A stretch of 64,000 bases of DNA from the human T2T-CHM13v2.0 reference genome, Homo sapiens: the NCBI RefSeq assembly GCF_009914755.1, contig NC_060932.1. One strand, written 5' to 3'. Made by a program: the position numbers and the translations under genes. Under the pieces are notes generated by a model. The model did no database searches. It saw only the letters and a list, made by a program, of their open reading frames with translations, and was not told the origin of the DNA. The stretch's first letter is position 1. The number at the start of each line of letters is the position of its first letter. Below, in pieces: positions 13,282 to 25,560 of this stretch.

Positions 13282-14155
13282 TCATTATAAAAACAATTCT
13301 TAAAATAAGGATAAATATTAGAAGAGAAAGACTTTTATATTTTACTTTTTAAAAGTACTCTATGGTAGACAGTTAAATGGAAAATAAAAATACTGAGAGT
13401 AAAGTAGAAGAGAAAATAAAATGTATCCTGTAAAAGCTAAAAATAGAAAAGTTGGCTGGGTACAGTGGCTCACGCCTATAATCCCAGCATTTGGAAGGCC
13501 AAGGTGAGTGGATCACGAGGTCAGGAGTTCAAGACCAGCCTGGCCAAGATGGTGAAAACCCATCTCTACTAAAAACACAAAAATTACCTGGGCGCCGTGG
13601 CAGGCGCCTGTAATCCCAGCTACTTGGGAGGCTGAGGCAGGAGAATCACTTGAACTCGGGCGGCAGAGGTTGCAGTGAGCCTAGATCACGCCACTGCACT
13701 CCAGCCTGGGCAACTGAGCGAGACTCTGTCAAAAAAAAAAAAAAAAAAAAAGAAAGAAAGAAAAGTTAAAACTCTAAGAGAAGGTTAAAAGTTAAAAATA
13801 AAAAGATAAAAAAGATGAGATTTATAATAAAAGGTAAAGAGCAAGAAGCCAATGAGATAAAAGGTTAAACACATTAAAAAATAAAAAAATTAGGATAAAA
13901 GGCTAAAACCTATAAGACAAAAATTTAAATATGTAAAAGAAAAATGGATTAAAGATTAAAAATAGAATAAGTTACTTTAAATGTAAAGTTGAAAAATGTT
14001 AAACTGAATAAGTAAAAAGCATTAGGAGAGAAACGTTTTTAAATAAAAATAAAAATGAAATGCCTGAATATTAGAGAAACAGATAGGCTTAAAAATATGA
14101 GAAAATCCTCCAGCAGTTGACTGGGAGCAAGAATTGCTTGTAGCACATTTCTTAG
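13282..14155 (+). mobile_element. Candidate ancient non-autonomous Helitron remnant (interrupted by Alu)
   Basis: A|TC start, A-rich degenerate AAAGGTTAAA-like body, subterminal hairpin agcaa-gaa-ttgct (14126-14138) about 12 nt before CTTAG; no TIR or TSD seen. Confidence 0.45.
13454..13758 (+). mobile_element. Alu (AluS-like)
   Basis: Full dimer with poly(A)/(GAAA) tail; TSD agaaaagtt at 13445-13453 and 13759-13767. Confidence 0.97.
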
Positions 14156-16028
14156 GTCTCTTTAAGTACCTGTGGCATTCCCCTTCCTCCAGTGCAACTT
14201 GTCCTTTGAAGCAGAACTTTCCTTCCTGAGCCTCACATCTAGAAAGCCTCTCAGGGAGTTATCTTTTATCGAAGCCCTGGGTTCCATTTTTATATACTAA
14301 CAGTGGGGCTGAGCTTCGGGTTGACATAAGCAACACCAATTTCAGCCTCTAGAATACTCTCGGAGAAAAGAAAAGAAAATATGTGATATAGAAACTCAAT
14401 ACCTATCACATACATTTATCTATTGAGTGTATTTGTAAAGCACTTTTTCATATATTATCTCCCTTTGACTTTTATTCATAAGTTTGGCAGAAATAGTTTG
14501 CACCTTCAAGAGGAAACACGTTTTTAGAGCTTAGAAGCTTACAGAGCTGACAAGTGTGGAGTTAGATCATATACTATGAAGAAAGAGTGGTAAATATGAG
14601 CCTATTCCTTCTGAAGCTAAAGAAGAGAAAACCACATGTAAAAATTCATAAAATAGGAGGCAGAACTCAGAATGGAGAAGAGGAAGCCTTTTAGAATTTT
14701 TGCAATGAAGCTCATGAACTCAGCAGTGCTGGAGGACCTCTGTGAATTGCCTTAGCAAGAAGGAAATCTCTAGAAGGGCCTCTGTGCCATTTCAGTATAA
14801 CACCTCTCCTGTTTTCTACTTGCCCTGCCGTATGCAATCTATCCCACAGCCATTTGTGCAGCCACCTAGTGACCTTGCCACTGCAGGAAAGAAATGAGAA
14901 ATTTTGAGGACAGCTGCATTCCCTGGATTTTCATGGCCTTGGCATAAAATATTTAGTACAGGTGCTTTCTGAGCAGTGAACTTTGGGGGAAGGTTTGCAG
15001 AGTGCTGTGAGCCACAAAATCACCTTTCTGCCCACAAAGGGTGGCCCCAGCCTCACAGGCCATGGTATTCTGTAAATACTAAGGCCAGAAAAAGGAGGAT
15101 CATTGCTTCTTGTGCTATCATTAGAGAATTCCCCCTTCTTCTAGGCTTTCCCAGACCTTGCTATAAAAAGAAGCGAATGGGCTTTCTGCTGATCTTTAAA
15201 AGATGCATTTTATAACCAAGGATTAACATAGATTTGGATGCCCCTTTGGGTTTGAGAGAACATAATTCATTGACAAATCAAGGTGTTTGATGTTTGCAAG
15301 GGTCTGGAAGGATAGGCGAGGACAATCATTGATTCTCCAGCCTCTGCATCCTGCAATTTTGGATCTTGTTAATATGCTGACTTGATTTTCATTGCTCTTG
15401 AGTTTTTGAAAGAGAGAAGCAAGAAGGCATGAAAAAGAAAAGTTAAGGGAAACAAAATAAAGATAGCAAGACATTATAGGTAATAGAGGAAGATATATAA
15501 GGTATTTTTTATAAAGAGAGAGTCAAACTGTCTAAGAATAACAAGAAAGCCATGAATGTTATAGAGGAATCCAGAAAGCCTCTCCTTTAGCTTCTGTGGC
15601 ACATTCATGTTTATTCTCTGCTCTGACCTTCCATTCCCTTTCTGTCTCTTTTATTTTTCTTTCATTTTAAAAAGCTAACCTCATAGCTTCTTTCTAGCAT
15701 CTTCACCCCCAGTAGCAACAGCATGACCATCTATCTGTTCATTTGTCTTTTATTTAACAAATATGACTGTGTGACTGTTCTGTGCCAGGCACTATCCTAG
15801 GCACAGAGAATGCTAATGACAATAAATGCTTACATTGATATCTGCTGTTTGCAATAATCGAAGTTATAGAAAATGAGCCAAGAACCTTCCAAAAGAAATA
15901 CTGGCCCAGGCTTTCTTCACTACGATAACATCTGCAGTCATCAATTGGCTGCAGTGTCACTACAGATGCCATCTTCCTTCCCTTTGCAGAAGAAAATAGT
16001 TCTCATTGATCAATTCTGTCAATTTCTT

Positions 16029-16567
16029 TTTTTTTTTTTAACTTTTAAGTTCAGGGGCACATATGCAGTAATGTTACTTAGGTAAACTTGTGTCATGGGG
16101 GCTTGTTGTACAGATTATTTCATCACCCAGGTATTAAGCCTAGTACCCATTAGTTATTTTTCCTGATCTTCTCCGTCCTCCCAGCCTTCATCCCCCAGTG
16201 GACCCCAGTGTGTGTAGTTCCCCTCTATGCATCCATCATTTAGCTCCCATTTATCAATGACAATGTGCAATATTTGGTTTTCTGTTCCAGTGTTAGTTTG
16301 CTAAAGATAGAGGCCTCCAGCTCCATCCATGTTCCTGCAAAGGACATGATATCATTTTTGTTTATGGCTGTATAGTATTCAATGGTGAAGATGTCAAAAG
16401 CAATTGTAACAAAAGCAAACATTGACAAATGGGATCTAATTAAACTAAAGAACTTCTGCACAGGAAAAAAAAGCTATCCACCAAGTAAACAGACAACCCA
16501 CAGAATGGGAGAAAATTTTTGCAAACTATGCATCCAACAAAGGTCTAATATCCAGCATCTATAAAGA
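16029..16567 (-). mobile_element. 5'-truncated, 5'-inverted L1PA element
   Basis: 16029-~16385 is an antisense L1 3'UTR with poly(T); ~16387-16567 is sense ORF2 C-terminal sequence ([22 protein letters not shown]); degenerate 16-bp TSD 16013-16028/16568-16583. Confidence 0.9.
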
Positions 16568-17566
16568 ATTTTGACAATGTCTTATTTCCCTAAATTTTGC
16601 CCTGTTGGCAGGAACATTATAACAGGTATCCTTCCTGTATCCAATGTCAAACTATAGATGACCTCTATATTTAAAGGAGAAGACAATATACTATATTTAA
16701 AGGAGAAGACAATAAATAGGAAGGAGTGACAATATCAGGCAGGTCAGAATCAAATAAAATAAATCAAATACACACATCAAGTAAAATAATGTAACCAAAA
16801 ATAATTTTTTGAAAAATCTTTACTTTTTAAATGAAACTCATTCTTCTAGTGAACCCCATTAAAGAAGCTTGGGATTAAGATCAGAAGGCATTACATTATG
16901 AGGTTTTGACACCAGGAACTGTGTCAGGGATGTCTGAGTCTGGACTAAGCTGCAGATGGTAACAAGGAACCCAAAGGAGATGCTAACAAGGGAACTGAGG
17001 TGGGATCATCATGTCTCAGAAATCAGCAGAAACATCCTGGAATCCAGAGACCAGGAAAGATGAGAAATACCCCAGAAATGCCAGAGAAAACTGTGTGGGG
17101 GGCAGAAAACTAGTGGCTATTCTCCCCACAGCTTCCCCTGCGCTCAGTTTTCATCCTGGGAAGAGATGTGGAGAGAAATCATCCTGATAGAAAATTTGAA
17201 TTTCAAGTTACCTATCAAGAGCTTTAGTTACTATCATTTTACAAGATTCTTTATTCTTCCTCAAGAACAGGATGAGATGACATAAAATATAGAGGAAGTC
17301 ACAATTTGAGGGGACATAAGGGTCATTGTATTCCAAATGACTCTGTGGTACAGGCATGGATCTACTTGGGCTAAAACTAGAACATTTTTAGGGAAGAGAG
17401 ACACAAATATAGCTTGGGTGTCTGTTGATCTGTTGGCAGAATGCCAGAGGAGAAGACAGACCAATGAGTGCTGTCAACTTTAGAATGAACCTGACCTTAT
17501 TTGTTTAAAAGTGCTCGGAACCATGCCTTCTACGTGAGAACCTGGGCTCATACTGGTGAACACGAG

Positions 17567-17942
17567 TATCTTAGTCCATCTATTGCTGTTATAAAAGGAT
17601 ACTGCAGACTGGGTAATTAATGATGAACAGGAATTTATTTGCTCACAGTTCTGGAGGCTGGGAAGTCCAAGATTGAGGGGCTGGCATCTGGTAAGGGCCT
17701 TCTTGCTGCATCATCTCATGGTGGAAGACAGAAGGGGAGGAGAGCATGCCAGAAGGAGAGGAAGGGGACTGAACTCATCCTTTTATCAGAAACCCACTCC
17801 CCCTGATAATGACAATCCATTTAATGAGGACAGAGCCTTAATGACCTAATCACTTCTCATTAAGCCCTGCATCCCACCTCTGTTGCATTGGGGATTAAGT
17901 TTCCAAAACATGAACTTTATGGCACATATTCAAACCTTAGCA
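17567..17942 (-). mobile_element. MaLR solo LTR (MST/MLT1A group)
   Basis: tatcttagtcc...atttatttgctcacagttctggaggctgggaagtccaag...attcaaaccttagca. Confidence 0.88.
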
Positions 17943-19082
17943 ATGTATAAAGAAAGCCAATGTTAAAAGGGCATAAGTATTTTTTTTCTAGGATAACTGA
18001 GAAAAAAGACTACTTGATCAAACACTTTCATATGTCACATATGCTTTTGTCACCTGAGACCAATTTCAGAAAGCACAAATAAAAGTAAAGAACTAATCAA
18101 GTAAATAAATTAGCTCTAATGAGTACAACACATTGTTTACACCATGTTTTGAAGCAAAGATAACTGACATATCACCTAGGAATTGAAAAAGGAAAGAAAA
18201 GTCTCATAATACTGATTCTTTCTCACCAGTTTTATTATTTATTTTTTAATGTAATGACATTGGAAACACAGTCTGGCCTAATCAGGAGATCTCTGCTGTT
18301 CTTTCACGTTCTTTACTCAGGCATTGCAAGGACAGAATCTGAAGGTTCAATTGAAGGGAGGGTCTTAGCATGGAATATTTGTGTCTTAGTTGGATGCAAA
18401 ATCTCCCCTAATTCCCAACATTGTTCAATAATAAATATTTAACAGGAAGCCAAGCAGAGATGGAAGGTATTCAACTCAGAGGAAGATGTAGCACACCAGG
18501 CCTGTAGTTAAGCCAAATTACTACATTTTGCAATTGAAAGTAACAGAGTTATAAAGGAACTGATGGAAAAATTGAACCACCTTGTAAAGAGCATTGACTC
18601 AGAAAAATATTAATCCATCTGCAGGCTTAAATTATTTTCATTTAAATATGTATAAAGTGCATTTTCATTTAAACAGGAATTTTTATTTAAACATGTATTA
18701 ACATTTTATTTAAACATATCTCACATTTATACATAGGTAAACCTGTAAAACATTAAGGGGGGAAATTTGTAAGTCCAGGTAATGGGGATTAGACAAAGGT
18801 GATCTTTAAAACAAGGGCTGTGGCTGTCATACCCTGACACAGGTAAAAGGCTCTGAAATGATTGTCTTGTCTGGTCTATTCTGTAAATCAGATGGAATAA
18901 ACCCTTCATTAGGCACTAACATGTTATTGGTGAGCCTTCTATTCTTCTTCAAAATCTTTTCCAATGCTGGTATTATGATTTCCTCAATCTCACCACCATT
19001 GCTCATTCAAAAATTTGAGAAGATAAAGATACGAGATTTCACAGAGATTCCAGAGGCTCTAGTTATTATTAAGAAAAAGAGA

Positions 19083-19511
<429 letters not shown>

Positions 19512-20219
19512 TTAAATCCCTTAAAGAGCAAGGATAGCCTTGTGTCTGTTTTGTATGTGGGATTCTGCCCATTGAATTCCCTGAAGCAAGGAAATAATAA
19601 ATAAATACCAATTATGAACCCACTATGAAGATTTTAAATAATCCAAGCTATTCCTTTCCCTTCTAGCTTTCTTTCTTTCATCCTTTTGTCCTTGTTCTCT
19701 ATACCTTCTCCATAAAAGGAGATTAAGTCTGATCCCTTGGGGCCATTATTTTTTCTGAAGACAAAAGAAAAAGACAGCAGCATCCAGCCTCTTTCCCACC
19801 CTGTTTCCCACCTCCTTTCTGTTCATATCCCATGAGGGACCTAATTGTCTAACATGGGTCAGATATGAATATACTAAAGGAAGATTTATGGGAGGTTGCC
19901 TCTTTCCACTTAAAATTCTTCAGCTACACACATCTTCTGGCAGAGTCTTGCGAAATAGAAAAGCTTCAATTGATTTAATTAGAATCCCTCTCTTTTCTTC
20001 CTGTAAAAAAGAGAAAAAACGTCACTGAATTCAAGTGACATTTTGCTAATAGTGATCATGTCATTCAGTGAATACTTAAACGTTTGTAGGCTGCTGAAAG
20101 TTTTTTTTTAGTTTTAAACACTGATTCACTGAGTAGTATGTTTACACATTTTATATACATTAAAAGTTTTAATACATTTTGAAGCATCCAAATAATATAA
20201 AGGAAAATTAACATTTACA

Positions 20220-20452
20220 GTAATAACAAGGGTTCACATTTATTTAAAGAATACTACACATCAGACACTTCTGAGTTTACCTAACTCATTTAATACTGCA
20301 CACTACAATCCTGTAAGATGAGTCATCTTATCCCCATTTAACACAGGAAGAAGCTGAGACAGGTTGACTTACTCACACAAGGATCCATGAGCTGGAAGTG
20401 GCAAAATCAACATTTGAACTCTGGCAAGCTGTCTCTGAAATCTGTGTTCTTA
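20220..20452 (-). mobile_element. MIR SINE
   Basis: ctcatttaat...ccccatttaacacaggaagaagctgagac...tttgaactctggc. Confidence 0.7.
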
Positions 20453-20979
20453 ATGAAATGAGGAAAGGAAGAAATGAAGACATCTTTGAAAGAGAAAAGA
20501 AGAAATGTATGCAGCAGGTGGGGCAGTCGTTGAAAGATTAAGAGATACACAAATGCCCACTGGAGAAGAGATGGCAGGAGATAAACATCATCTGGGACAC
20601 AGGTGTGTCCCTCAAATCTCTTCCAGAGATGGAGAAGGGAGTAAAGTGGGTAGTTTCCTGTGGTGAAGATGAGCTTAGGAAGACAACAGCTGATTCAGAT
20701 TGAGAGTCGATCCACAGACAGCCTAGCAGAGCAATCCAAGAGTAAATCCAAGGCTATGGATTTAGAAGATTCTAGAGAGAAAAAGAATGTGATGCCAGAG
20801 GATGTTCAAAATGCACCAATAAGTGAGAGAAAGGGCCTTTTCCACAGGGTACCTTAACAGGAGAGGTTGGGGAAAGGTGTTGTTAAGTGGAAAAGCCCAT
20901 TTCAGCTGTGTTCACAACTGACCATGGTAAAGATGCAGCCTTAACTAGTCCCAGAGCACTCACAATAGGAAGCTTCACT

Positions 20980-21905
20980 ACCATCTATTCTCGACAGCAG
21001 CCAGAGTCATCTTTGTAAAATGTAAATCAGGACATGTATATCTCTGTTCCAACTCCTGAAGGAACAAAACTCAAACTTTCTCCAGAGCCCACATGCCCTT
21101 CCACTCTGGCCCTCATTCACTGTGCTCCAACCACACTGGCCTCCCTGGTGCTCTGCCAGTCTACTAAGTGAAACCATCTGCCTCAGGGCCTTCTCACCTT
21201 CTCACCTTGAATTCCACTTGCCTGGAATTCAATTTCCTGAAATATCAGCAACACTCACTCTCTTTCTTCTTTATGGTCTTTGTTCCAGTAGCCCCTTATA
21301 TTGAGGCCTCTTTCACAAGGCACTTTCTGCCTGTACTGCCTGCTCTATGGTGTTCCGAACCCATATCACCACCTGGAATATTATCTTTTTATGTAACTTC
21401 AACTTTTATTTTAGATTCAGGGGGTATATGTGCAGGTTTGTTACATGGGTATATCACTTGATATTGAGGCTTGGGGTATGATTGATCCTGTCACCACAAG
21501 GCAGTGAGCTTAGTACCCAATAGTTTTCAACTCTGGACCCTCCTCTCTCGCTCCTCCTTCTGGTAGTTCCCAGTGTCTATTGTTCCCATCTTTATGCGGA
21601 AGAATACCCGATGTTTAGCTCCCACTAATAAGTGAAAACAAGCAGTATTTGGTTTTTTGGTTTCTGCACTAATTTGCTTAGGATAATGGCCTCCAGTTGC
21701 ATCTATATTCCTGCAAAGGGCATAATTTTGTTCTTTTTTACGACTGCATAGTATACCATCTGGAATATTATATATTTATTTATTTTCACTATCTCTTCCC
21801 ACTGGAATGCAAGCTTCAGAGTGACAGACACTTCGTGCCTGTCATTGCTGTATGTCAAGCACTTAGCATAAAACCAGGCTCACAGTAGTCATTCCATAAG
21901 AGTTA
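20980..21905 (+). mobile_element. L2 3' end fragments (split by L1)
   Basis: cagcagccagagtcatcttt...ctccaaccacactggcctcc...cccactggaatgcaagctt...ggctcacagtag. Confidence 0.75.
21385..21754 (-). mobile_element. 5'-truncated L1 (old L1PA/L1PB 3' end)
   Basis: aacttttattttagattcagggggtatatgtgcaggtttg; 17-bp TSD acca(c/t)ctggaatattat at 21368-21384 and 21755-21771. Confidence 0.92.
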
Positions 21906-22034
21906 CTGAATCAGCAAATGCATTAGGCACTACTGAGACTTTTGAATAATGGGAAATGGGACTAAAAGGTAGGAAAAAGCCTTATTGTAATAGTCTTAGA
22001 AACCTGACTAACTGCCCTGAGACTGAACTCAGCC

Positions 22035-22330
22035 CTCAGCTGTGTTATTTTTTACCTGCACAGCAATATTTCACCAATACAAATGAACATTTAAATATTG
22101 AGAGTTCACATAAAAATCCATAAAATTGTTTTCAAAAAAACGGAAAAGATCTGGCAGCCACTGGACCCATATCCCCCTGTTTCAGCAATCATCTGACCTT
22201 GAGCAGCAGCTGCCCTGCTAAGACCAGGCCAACCTCCTCCACCTGGCACACACCCGCTATGGTCTCCTCAACATCAAGGCCAAGTGTCTATTGTCGCTTA
22301 TGATTGCTATTGCACTGTTGTGTAGATTAA
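22035..22330. mobile_element. MER102-like hAT-Charlie remnant
   Basis: gagagttcacataaaaatcc...aagatctggcagccactggaccc matches recalled MER102 core. Confidence 0.6.
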
Positions 22331-22749
22331 GGCAGTAGAACATTTCTCTGTAGCCGCATCCCTATCAATGGCAGGAAAAGACTAACAGAACAACATGATT
22401 CAAGAAAAATGGGAGTAAGTAAATTTCTTTGTAGAAGTGAAGACATTTCTCTATGTTTAAAATGCCAATATTGGACCTCCTGTTTTATATATAAGACCTG
22501 TCTAGCCCCTGTAATCACTTGTGTATGCTCTACACAAACTGAGCAAGACAAGAGAAAATGGTAAGCCAGGCTGGCAGGCTTCTTGTTGACTGGACTTCAG
22601 TAGCCTTAGGGTAAGAAACATTGACTGAATTCCTATTTCTCCTTGTTTACTTTTGCATTCACTTCTTACTTGTTATTTTTTCCCTTCATTTCTAGAAAAG
22701 TCTCCTTGAAAAGAACTCTGCATCTCAGTTGAACAGCAGGAAATCTGTA

Positions 22750-22990
22750 ACTTAGTATTAAACACTATGTACTCCGAACATTGCTAAGTGTTATATATAT
22801 ATTAGTTTGCTCAGTCTTCTCAACACAGTTAAACAATAATAATTATTATGGTTCCATTTAATAGATAGAGAAATTGAGGCACAGATAGAAAAAAAGCTTA
22901 TAAAAACCATCAGAGTTATGAAATGGCAGAGGCAGAATTGAAACCCAGGCCTCTCTGGCTCTAAAATCTGTTCTCATAACCATCTCACTG
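22750..22990 (-). mobile_element. MIR SINE
   Basis: ccatttaatagatagagaaattgaggcacaga...ggcagaggcagaattgaaacccagg. Confidence 0.75.
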
Positions 22991-23015
22991 AAGCGCCTTC
23001 ACTGTAACACTACAG

Positions 23016-23241
23016 CAGAGTCTCACCACCTCTACATTATTGACATTTGGACAGGAGGTGGGGAGGTGGATGAGTGGAGTAGAGACATCCTATGCATTGT
23101 AGGATATTCAGCAGCTTCCTTGGCCTCTATCCACTACATGCCAGTAGCACTCTACCCCCACCCATTTTTGACAACCAAAAATTTCTCCAGATATACTAAA
23201 TGTTCCATCAAGGGCAAAGTGGCCCTTGTTGAGAACCACTG
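23016..23241 (+). mobile_element. MER20 DNA transposon
   Basis: attgacatttggac...cttggcctctatccactacatgccagtagcac...gttgagaaccactg terminal repeat. Confidence 0.88.
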
Positions 23242-23711
23242 AACTAAGAGGAAATGAAGGCTTGTTTGTTCCTTCTTGGCCAATCAAAGTAGAAGACTCA
23301 GAGGACCAAAAGGAAAGCAACATTTTGAACTTAAATTTTTTTGTATATAAAGTTTTTTTAAAGAAATAAATCTAGGTACAGTATAGAAATGAGTTATATA
23401 GACAAAGAATGAACCTTGAGAAAAGCAGAAGAGATGGGAAGTAGTGATTGTCCTTCCATTCTCATCATGAATTTACTCCTCTCCAGCAATCATGATGTAA
23501 TTTAAAGCAAAGGCACTGACAGTACCAATCTTGGTTGATTTCAGTGTGCGGCATAGGCAAAGATGACTTGGAAAGTTAGGAGAGGCAAAAAAGCTAGAAA
23601 TACTAAAGTAGCCTAACAATGTACTAGGCATCTCATTGGTTTTTTAAAACATATGTACTAATTTTAAAACTGGTTGGTTTTATTTTTTGATAGAATTAAA
23701 GCAGACATTTA

Positions 23712-24035
<324 letters not shown>

Positions 24036-25009
24036 GTTCACTTTACACAATAAACTTGTGTTTCTGACATCAAAACACTCACAAACAAAATAGTACAAGA
24101 GTGAAACGATGATCTATGCTGCCCAGCTGCACTTCCGTACTGTTCTCTACTCTCACTAAGAGTGAGTGCACCATGTTTTGGAAAGGTTTGGTTCAGCGAT
24201 ATCTCATGGCAATAAGTTGTTATTTTAATATGTGCAATGATGGCTTCCGGATTTAATATTAGTTAGAAAATTTAGATTCAATAGTATATTTATATTTCAT
24301 AAAATAAATGTTGGTTGAAAAACCTAAAGGACATTTCTAGCTATAAAATAAGAATAAAACAGTAGAAAAGAGTGAGATATAGCTAATGCTCCTTTTCTGT
24401 ATGTGTCTTTGAGTACGCCCTCCCTTTACTGAGGAAAGAATAATAGTACATCTGTGGTTTAGCGAAATAATGTTTTTTTGAGAACTGTTTGACAGGTAGC
24501 CTGTGTGCACAACAGTCCTAATGAGAGGGCACAGCGGCTTAGAGAAGACCTTTGCTTACAAGTAGGAGGGGCATCTCAAACTGGCTTCATCATAAAGGAA
24601 ATTTATGAGAAAAATTCTCAAGGGTCATGCAAAATCCAAGGCTGTTATTAATAACCGGGACTCAGGAAGACAGGAGCAGAGCAGCCTGAGGATCTTGACA
24701 GCAGGAGTTCAACACCTTCCCTGGAGTTGTACTGTTCACACAGTTCAGCCCTCTGTTCCCAGCTCTGAGAATCTTGTTGGCCCTTCCTAAGTCAGGTTCT
24801 AATACTTGGTGAAATCAGCTGTGTCCAAGAGGTCTGAATCCCTTGGTAGAAAGATAGCTATGGGGGCTCATACAGTGCTGGGAGAGAGGGTAGTTCTCAG
24901 TGATTAAAGTGTAAGAGACAGTCCAATAGATATCTGGAAATATTATTTTGAGATAGAGGAAAACATAAATGCAATGTGGGGAGAAATAGGAATTCAAAAA
25001 TCGCAAGAG

Positions 25010-25255
25010 TACAACACAGTGTTAAAGATTATAGTCTCTGAAACAAGTTTACCTGGGTTCAAATTCTAGCTCTGTCATACATGAAGTGTGTGACCTCAAG
25101 CAAGTCACTTAATCTCTCTGTGCTCAGTTTCTCCATGTGAAAAAGGAAGCCAATAGCAATACTTCACTTACATAGTTGCTGTGAGGAATAAATAAGTGAA
25201 TATATTTAAAGTATTTAGATGGCATCTGGTTCATAGCAACTGCTAGATAAGTCCT
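25010..25255 (+). mobile_element. MIR SINE
   Basis: cctgggttcaaattctagctctg...gtgacctcaagcaagtcacttaatctctctgtgctcagtttc. Confidence 0.85.
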
Positions 25256-25409
25256 TGCTAGTATTAAAAGGTTGAAGATGTGACCCAGATATGGCTGGCT
25301 GCCTGCGGGGAGCCTTGGCTCTTGACACTGGCCTAACTGTAGGGCAAGGGTCATACTAAGTTCAAATTTCGGATGTCCTTCCCAAGATTCAAAATTCCAC
25401 AATGTATTA

Positions 25410-25560
25410 GCAAGATAAATAAACAGATGGTAGGTAGATAATAGACAGATAGATAGATAAGATAGATACATAAATAGGTACATACATACACAGATGTTAA
25501 GCTTACCTAGGAAGGCAAAGAAAGGTTTACATATATAAAGGACTACATACATACATATAT
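25410..25560. repeat. Degenerate (GATA)n/(CATA)n tetranucleotide repeats
   Basis: agatagatagataagatagatac...catacatac seen directly. Confidence 0.8.

Noticed and set aside
20314-20330. Extended AP-1 palindrome taagatgagtcatctta
   Set aside because: Single motif inside a MIR; TGA(G/C)TCA occurs several times by chance; no supporting evidence.
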